The position numbers and the translations under genes are program-made. This document shows positions 36,401 to 45,400 of a DNA stretch of 64,000 nt, piece by piece (positions within the stretch are counted from its first letter, which is position 1; each line of letters opens with the position of its first letter). Under the pieces are notes generated by a model. That model ran no database searches. It saw nothing but the letters and a program-made list of their open reading frames with translations, and was not told the DNA's origin. Source of the DNA: Macrostomum lignano (taxonomy: Eukaryota); the NCBI GenBank assembly GCA_002269645.1, contig NIVC01002150.1, positions 62,001 through 126,000 on the forward strand. The letters are read 5' to 3'.

Positions 36401-39400
36401 GTCATCTGGTGGCCAGAATTCATTCGGTAGCTAGAATCTGGTAGCTAGAATTCATTCGGACACCCGATGACTCACCCGGTGTCCAAACTCTTCGGCCTTC
36501 AGTAGCTAGAATTCATTCGGACACCCGATGACTCACCCGGTGTCCAAACTCTTCGGCCTTCAGTAGCTAGAATTCATTCGGACACCCGATGACTCACCCG
36601 GTGTCCGAACTCTTCGGCCTTCAGTAGCTAGAATTCTTTCGGACACCCGATGACTCACCCGGTGTCCGAGTTCTTCGGCCTTCAGTCATCTGGTGGCCAG
36701 AATTCATTCCGTAGCTAGAATCTGGTAGCTAGAATTCATTCGGACACCCGATGACTCACCCGGTGTCCGAACTCTTCGGCCTTCAGTAGCTAGAAGTCAT
36801 TCGGACACCCGATGACTCACCCGGTGTCCGAGTTTTTCAGCCTTCAGTAGCTAGAATTTATTCGGACACCCGATGACTCACCCGGTGTCCGGTATCTTGG
36901 CAGAAGCTGCCACAGTCGTAGCAGACCAGCCTGCGGCATTCGCGGCACCGGTAATCGTCTCTGGTCGAGTTCACCGGATTCTCCGCGCACAGCGGGCAGC
37001 TGCTGGACTGGCATCCGCCTGCCGACTGGCGCTTTGACTGCACCGACTGTTCCAGGATGCTGCAGATGAGGCACGGTGGGGGAATGGTCAGCTTCTATGA
37101 GTGAGTGACTGAGGGGGATTGATATCCTTCAGTGAGTGACTGAGGGGAAATGATATCCTTCAGTGTGTGACTGAGGGGAAATGATATCCTTCAGTGTGTG
37201 ACAGAAGGGAAATGATATCCTTCAGTGAGTGACTGAGGGGAAATGATATCCTTCAGTGAGTGACTGAGGGGAATTGATATCATTCAGTGAGTTACAGAAG
37301 GGAAATGATATCCTTCAGTGAGTGACAGAAGGGAGTTGATATCCTTCAGTGAGTGACAGAAGGGAATTGATATCCTTCAGTGAGTGACTGAGGGGAAATG
37401 ATATCCTTCAGTGAGTGACAGAAGGGAAATGATATCATTCAGTAACTTACAGAAGGGAATTGATATCCTTCAGTGAGTGACTGAGGGGAAATGATATACT
37501 TCAGTGAGTGACAGAAGGGAAATGATATCCTTCAGTGTGTGACAGAAGGTAAATGATATCCTTCAGTGAGTGACAGAAGGGAAATGATATCCTTCAGTGA
37601 GTGACAAAGGGGAACGGATATCCTTCAGTGAGTGACAAAGGGGAAATGATATCCTTCAGTGAGTGAAAAAGGGGAAATGATATCCTTCAGTGAGTGACAA
37701 AGGGGAAATGATATCCTTCAGTGAGTGACTGAGGGGAAATGATATCCTTCAGTGAGTGACTGAGGGGAAATGTTATCCTTCAGTGAGTGACAAAGGGGAA
37801 ATGATATCCTTCAGTGAGTGACAAAGGGGAAATGATATCCTTCAGTGAGTGACAAAGGGGAATTGATATCCTTCAGTGAGTGATAAAGGGGAATTGATAT
37901 CCTTCAGTGAGTGATAAAGGGGAAATGATATCCTTCAGTGAGTGACTGAGGGGAAATGATATCCTTCAGTGAGTGACTGAGGGGAATTGATATCATTCAG
38001 TGAGTTACAGAAGGGAAATGATATCCTTCAGTGAGTGACAGAAGGGAGTTGATATCCTTCAGTGAGTGACAGAAGGGAATTGATATCCTTCAGTGAGTGA
38101 CTGAGGGGAAATGATATCCTTCAGTGAGTGACAGAAGGGAAATGATATCATTCAGTAACTTACAGAAGGGAATTGATATCCTTCAGTGAGTGACTGAGGG
38201 GAAATGATATACTTCAGTGAGTGACAGAAGGGAAATGATATCCTTCAGTGTGTGACAGAAGGTAAATGATATCCTTCAGTGAGTGACAGAAGGGAAATGA
38301 TATCCTTCAGTGAGTGACAAAGGGGAACGGATATCCTTCAGTGAGTGACAAAGGGGAAATGATATCCTTCAGTGAGTGAAAAAGGGGAAATGATATCCTT
38401 CAGTGAGTGACAAAGGGGAAATGATATCCTTCAGTGAGTGACTGAGGGGAAATGATATCCTTCAGTGAGTGACTGAGGGGAAATGTTATCCTTCAGTGAG
38501 TGACAAAGGGGAAATGATATCCTTCAGTGAGTGACAAAGGGGAAATGATATCCTTCAGTGAGTGACAAAGGGGAATTGATATCCTTCAGTGAGTGATAAA
38601 GGGGAATTGATATCCTTCAGTGAGTGATAAAGGGGAAATGATATCCTTCAGTGAGTGACAAAGGGGAAATGATATCCTTCAGTGAGTGACAAAGGGGAAA
38701 TCTTCAGCTCTGATAGATAAAAAAGGCTTTATATTTAGCAAAATTCTCTAAATCACGAACAGCCATTAGACAAAGCATATCAGTTTTCTGGCTAAGCGCC
38801 AGAGCCAATCAGTAAGGGGGATAATCTTGCTTTTGTTAAGGCCGCGAATATTAGTCACGAATAACTGCGATAATTGCTCCTCCACTGCTCAGCTGTACAC
38901 AGGTACGCCTGATAGTTAATAACCCCCCCCCCCTATCCCTGGCACAGGAGCCGACAGGTGGCAGACAGAGCCTTCATTGAGTCTGGAATCCGGGACGCTG
39001 GCCTCTTTTCAAACAGGCTTCAGACACAGCGGCTAACTGAAGCAAGACAAGGAACTAAACATATTCATCCCCTTTGTTGCTTTTTCTCTCTCTTTTCGCA
39101 ATCCTCTGAGAACTGCCAACCCCAACGAGCTTTCCCTGCTTTTCCTCTCCGAGTTGTCCCCACCGAGTTTCCCCACCGAGTTTCCCCACCGAGTTTCCCC
39201 ACCGAGTTTCCCCACCGAGTGTCTTGAATACACTGGCGCTTATGGGAAAAATCCAACCTTCTAGCAGAATCGTTGAATGTCTCGACTGTCCAAAGGGCTG
39301 GCGACTCTATTCTTATTTGAGAAGGTGCGCAACAAAAAGTTAGGCCGTGTTCTGGAATTTCGTGTGCCTGCGTTGCTTCGTTCCGGCGTAGGAAAAAACT

Positions 39401-42400
39401 TGTCGAAGGGGGGACCCCCCTCTGGGTAGATTAACGGGCGGAAAATGGCGTATTTCTACTGTTAATGATTTTAGGATTCTCCGGATTTTTTTAGTATTTA
39501 ATGACGATTCAACCGACTCGAATAGAATGGAAGGCGCTGGTTTCTGCGTACGGAAGGCCAGTGAGGAAGTGGCGACCGAGAATCATACAGCTTCTCAACA
39601 CAGGCAACAGTTGACAAACATCAGGGCAGCAGCTAGGTGGCTGAACGAAAAGTTGATCCCAGGCGATGAACGCGCCGACATGCTTGCAGCCCTCGACCGG
39701 CCTGGAAGGGCCCGGGCGGGAAGCAGTCAAAGCTCCGGTGACTGCGTGGCTCTGGAGGCCTAGGACCCGGACCCAGGAGCACCCGGCTAGCAGCGACAAA
39801 CTCCGACCCCACGATCTTCACGGACGGCTCCGTCCGTGAGGCCGAGGCTGAGCAGATTTCAGCCAGAACCAGAGCTGGCCGGACCAGGATTCTCGTCGAC
39901 ACAGGCTGAGCTCGCCGCCATCAGAGCAGCACTGCAGCGGCTCGAGCGATCGCGAATAACATACGGCTAGGGAGGCCCCTGGCCGAACCTGACAGACTGG
40001 CCAGTGGCCAAGCAGACCGACTCCCTGCGCTTCCAAGTCGGTCACCACAGCGCAACCTAGGGCGTTGCACGGCTCAGCGGCCTATGCCGTAGTTTTCGGC
40101 CTTAAGTTGCTAAAAATAGAAACAAACAACAGAAACAGCAGCAAAAAATCAACAGACCAGTTCGCCTGACATCGGTCTACGCTGAGCTCATGGAAGAATG
40201 GTGACAAATAGGCTGTATTTACTGGCTTGAGGAGAACAACATCATCCGGCTTTGGCAAGCTGGTTCCCAGAGAGGTAGAAGCGCTGAAGAGCAAGTGCTT
40301 AGGTTAGTGCAGCACATCCAAGACGGCTGGGAGAGCAAAAAAGCAAAAAAAAACAATAGCCGTGACGCCAGATTGCTCAAAGGCGTATGAAAGAGTGTGA
40401 AGAGTTCGGCTTTTAGAGACGATGATGGAGGAAGGCGTCCCGGCTAGGATTACAAGATGGTTCGCCAGTTTCCTGGAGGGCAGGCAGGCTGGAGTTCGCG
40501 CCGGGGACGGATGCAGCAAGTTCAGAAGGTTCCAAGAAGGTCTCCTGCAGGGGGCGGTGAGCTCCCTGGCCCTGTTCCTACTGTACGTCAAGAAATGGAG
40601 GAAGAGAATGTGCACAACGGAGAGTTCGCGGACAATCTAGCAGTATGGTCTAGCAGCAGCGGAGAAGATTACGGAACGTCTTCAACGAGCGCTAAGATCG
40701 GCCTGGGCGGAGGACTTGAAAATTGAGCTGACCCTAGGAAAGTGCGAATCCTGCCTCTACAGTAGGGTTACGAAGGACAGGAACCTACGGTCACGCCTCC
40801 AGATCAACGATCGCCGGCAAAGACACTCTAAAGTTCCTGGGAATGCGCATGGATTGAGATCTAAATTTCTAGGTATTTAATTGACGGCTCGGTGCAGCAA
40901 CAGCAACAATACCCTCTGGGCTTTACGCCTAGACTGCGGGTTTCCCGCAGCTCCTACTCGGCGCCGCGTTTTCGTCGCGGAGGGGACCCTCTTCCTTCGG
41001 GGGAGGTCGAAGAGCGCCGTAAATCGGACACCATGTCCCACGTGCAACTTTTGCTTTTGTGTTTCATGTTTTTCTACAGCAGGGCGTACCTTGGTTGTGA
41101 CACAGGAAACGCTGGTAGCGAGGCCCGCCGGCTCTCCACGCTCCTGCTCAGGGCCGGTGACATCGAGCCGAACCCAGGTCCAGGCCCGACTCATATATGT
41201 GGGCGGCGTGAGTGTGGTCGCCCCCTCCGTGGGAGATCCCTCCACTGCCAACCTTGCGGGAAAGATTTTCACCTCCAACGTGACTGTTCTGGCCTCAGCC
41301 GCTGGGCGGCCGACAAGAAGATCGGTTCTCGCGACTGGCGCTGCCCAACCTGCTCGGGTGGCCCGGACACCGATCCCGGCAACCAGGCCACCGGTCCACC
41401 AGAGGAACCTGCTGATGGCGCCAATCGTGAATACAGCAGACGTGAAGAGCTCCTCCGTCGCCTTCGCGAAACCAAATTGCGCCCACTGTAACAAACCCGT
41501 CAGGTTTAGCACCGTCATCGCCTGCTGTAATACCTGCGAAGGCTTCTTCCACAATGCGTGCACGGCTGCGACTCGGGAGCAGATCAAACGCGAAGTCAGC
41601 CGAGGTCTCTGGAGATGCACTTGTTGCTCTAATGCTGCTCGCCGGCCGAGCCCGACATCTCCGATTGAAGATGACCCCTCCGAACCCCTGAGACACCACC
41701 CGTGCATCCTGTCCGGCTGGAGAAAAGCTGAGCCGAACCTTAAAATTATCCAATGGAACGCGGACGGCATTTCAAACAAAAGCTCGCTCACAGGGTCCAA
41801 GCTGATTTCATTACTATTCAAGAAAGTAAGCTTACGTCGTTCCACAAGACTCCTAAACTGCCAGGGTTCGCTGTGATCCGCAAAGACCGAAAGGTTGCGA
41901 GGCGCGACCCCAACATCAAAGGAGGCGGCCTCCTGTGCTACATTCGGCTTGGCATTCCATTTCGCAAACTCCGGGGATGGACAGACGGCACCACTGAAGG
42001 ATGTCGCTTTGTCGTCAATGACTCCAACAGAAACAAGCTCATCATCTCTAATATCTACCGCCCCCCCCCCATCCGGCGTGTGGAGGGCGAAGACCACCGG
42101 GAGCACCCGAGCGTGGACGACTGGCTCAAATGCCACAATCGCGAGCTCATCACTGGGGATCTGAATCTCCACCACCCTGCTTGGGGTAGCGAGGGAGACC
42201 AAGGCAGGGACAGCGCTGCTCAATCCAGATGCCTCCTCGACTGGTGCTCCACCTCTCAGTACCGCATTCTGAACACTGGCGAACATACCTGTGCAGAGCA
42301 GACCGCCACTCCGGTCGTACCAGCGCTCCCGACCTCACCATCGCCAGCGGCGGTCTTGCCTCTCAGTGCACCTGGACTGTTTTAAATGAACTTGGCTCTG

Positions 42401-45400
42401 ATCACAAACCCATCCTTGTGACGCTGCAAGCACCCTGGACCACCCTTGCCGAGCCCAATAAGTTCCACTGGTCCTGGAAGAAAGCTGACTGGTCCGCCTA
42501 CAGGTCCCTGCTCGGAAGCAGCAAGTCTCCCGCCTTTGCAACGGCATGTTGTCTGCCGCCTCTGCTGCTATTCCGAAAAAGAAAGTCTCTAAGAAGAATA
42601 AGCCGTATTGGGACGAGGAACTGAGCGAACTCAGGAATACCCGGAACCAACTCCGGGAGTCTGGCGCCCCGCCGGACCTCTGGAGGGAAAAGAGCCTTGA
42701 ACTCAGTAAGCTCTGCGCTGACAAGAAAAGAGCGTTCTGGAGGGAGTATGTGCACAAACTGTCAGAATCCTCCGACCCCAAACAGACCTGGAGAACCATC
42801 AAGTGCCTCAACAACGGAGGACAAGGGTCGAACCCCAATGAAATTCTGGTTGTTGACGGACGCGAACTGTGCACTGACAAAGACAAGGCTAACGCCTTCG
42901 GCAGCTACTACAAAGACATCAGCTCCCTTCATCATGACGTTGCTGACCGCAAGTTTAAGGTCAACACTGCCAACAGGCTGGCTAATTACCACTCCGACGA
43001 CCTGAACTACCACCGTCCTTTCACCAAAGGAGAGCTGTGGAGGGCCATCGACAAGCTCGATCCTGGTAAAAAATGCGGTCCTGATGGCATCGAAGCTGCT
43101 TTCTTTATCAATCTCCCTGATTCCTGGCTTAAAGCCTGGCTTAAGATCTTCAATCGCTGCTGGAGCATCGGCCATTGTCCTGGAAACTGGAAAAAGGCCG
43201 TCATCATCCCGCTGCTGAAGGACGGGAAAGACCCCAAAGAATGTGGAAGCTACCGTCCCGTCAGCCTCACCTCTATCTGCTGTAAAATCCTGGAAAGGCT
43301 GATCCTGGACCGTCTCTTTCACTGGCTGGAGCATCACAATAAAATCCTTCCCTGGCAAGCCGGCTTCCAGCGTGGCCGCAGCTGCGAGGAGCAAGTGGCC
43401 CGGCTGGTCCAGGCCATCCAGGACGGCTGGGAACAGTCTCCGCACCTGAAGACCCTTGCAGTTCTGATCGACTGCTCGCGCGCTTTTGACCGCGTCTGGA
43501 GGACCCTGCTTGTCTCCCGTCTAATGGATGAGGGTCTGCCGGCTTGTATGGTGAGATGGTTTGCTAGCTTCCTGGAGGGCAGGTAGATCGCGGTCCGCAT
43601 TGGCAGCACCATCGGCAAATATTGCAGGCTCAGGGAGGGCGTCCCGCAAGGCGCCGTCAGCTGCCCGGTCCTGTTCCTCCTCTACATCAACGCCTGGGCT
43701 GACCACATCGTCCAAGAGGTCGATTACAGTGGATACGCGGACGACCTCGCCATCTGGGCCTCCGGCAGGAATATCACAGATGTCCGTGAGCGCATTCAAA
43801 GGGCCCTCCAACTTATCGAAAAGTGGGCCAAAAATCATCGCATCGAACTCAACCCTTCAAAGACTGAATACTGCCTGTTCTCTCGCAACCGAGCCGATCG
43901 AGACACCACCGTTCATCTCTCGTTGCTTGGGCGTCCTATCCCCAGTAAGCCGGCGCTGAAGTTCCTCGGGGTCTGGATTGACCGCGGACTTCTTTTCGAC
44001 AAACATCTGAGCGAAATCAAGGAAAAAATGCTCCGTCGAACTGCCATCACCAAAGCTTTAGCAAACCGGGATTGGGGATGGGATCGCCTCCTTCTCCTCA
44101 AAGTCTACCGTGCTTTGGTCGAGTCGGTGATCTGGCATGCTGCATCGGCCTGGACGCCCTGGTTGTCCAAGACTCGCCTGGATGAACTGGACCGCGCCCA
44201 AAGGGAGGCGCTGCGCACCATCACCGGCCTGCCAGGATCCACCCCCATGGAAGCTATTTACCTGGAGGCTCAGGTCGACCCTATCAGCGTTGAGGCCCGC
44301 AGGCGTGCTCTGCTCACCTACGAGAAAGCCATCCGTCGCCCTCTCAGCGACCCGTTTCGCCAGATCTGTGAAAAACACTCGAACGTCCGACTCGCGGCCA
44401 ACAGAGGCCTGCGCGAACAAGCGAGGCGCATCTGCGATTCCATGATGCCGCTCCCACGTATGCCCTTCCACCTTACAGCCGTCCACCCTGGGCCTCACTC
44501 GTCGACCAGGGCATCAACTGTTTCACCGATCTGCCAGACCTGGGAGCCACTTCGACTGAACAAACTCTTGCAGCCATTGAGCAACGCTGCCCAGGATTCT
44601 GCACCTACTACACCGATGGCTCGGCCACCGGAGGGGTCGAAAACGGCGGAGCCGCTTGGATCCTCCTCGACCATGATGGCACCAGCCGTCGCCGCGGGCA
44701 CGCAGCAGCTGGTCGCTGGTGCAACTCCTACGAAGCCGAATTAATGGCCATCAAGCTCGCCCTGGAAGACATTATCAGCTCCGAACCGCGCCATGCCGTC
44801 ATACTGACCGACAGCCAGAGCGCCATCGCCGCCATTAAAGCTGACCGTCCAACCCTCAACCTGCGGCTTGAGCAAGTTAAAGATCTCCTCGCTAACGCAG
44901 CCATGCACACGAAGATTACCCTGCAATGGGTTCCGGGACACTCGGGAGTGCCCGGTAACGAACTGGTCGACGCAGAGGCCAAGCTCGCGGCCACACTGCC
45001 TCAAGACCTAAAGAGCTAAAGAGCGCATCCGCCATCATCTCAAGTACCGCCCAACCCTTCATGGGCACTTGGCCGAGGTCTATGGTAAAACGATCTCCTT
45101 CCAGCAGGGACCGCGTCGCCAACAAATCCTCGTGGCGCAGGTCAGAGCAGGCCACTGCCCTGACTCCAACTATTATCGCAACCGCACCGACATCACCGAA
45201 GGCGGCCCCTGCCGACTTTGCCTGGATGTTCCGGACCAATTTCACCTCTGGACCTGCCCTAAGCTCGAAGCTAATCGGCGCAACATCGGCGTCACTAGTC
45301 TGAGTGACTTTGCACGTGGTGACTTGGTGGCGCAGCTCCTGGGAGCCGTCGACTGGCGGCCCCTGTGAGTTGCTCACCGCAGACAACAACAACAACAGCA

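Larger units (their letters stand above)
40912..45396 (+). mobile_element. Near full-length Ingi-like (I-group) non-LTR retrotransposon, antisense in intron 1, disrupted by frameshifts and a stop
   Basis: Order: 5' structured leader; ATG 41033; 2A motif GDIEPNPGP; two PHD-like fingers; APE endonuclease ([33 protein letters not shown]); RT ([16 protein letters not shown] at 43734-43745); RNase H ([30 protein letters not shown]); C-terminal CRLC..H..C knuckle; stop 45368; (AAC)n tail. At least 5 frameshifts and a TAG at 43584. Confidence 0.88.

Noticed and set aside
37060-37094. Upstream acceptor at 37095 extending exon 2 ([12 protein letters not shown])
   Set aside because: Phase 0 does not match the phase-2 donor of exon 1; the 37060 acceptor gives a continuous ...ERLR-ILEQ helix.
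40877-42286. 469-aa minus-strand ORF and other long ORFs opposite LINE or exon sequence
   Set aside because: Antisense shadows of GC-rich coding sequence; no recognisable motifs.
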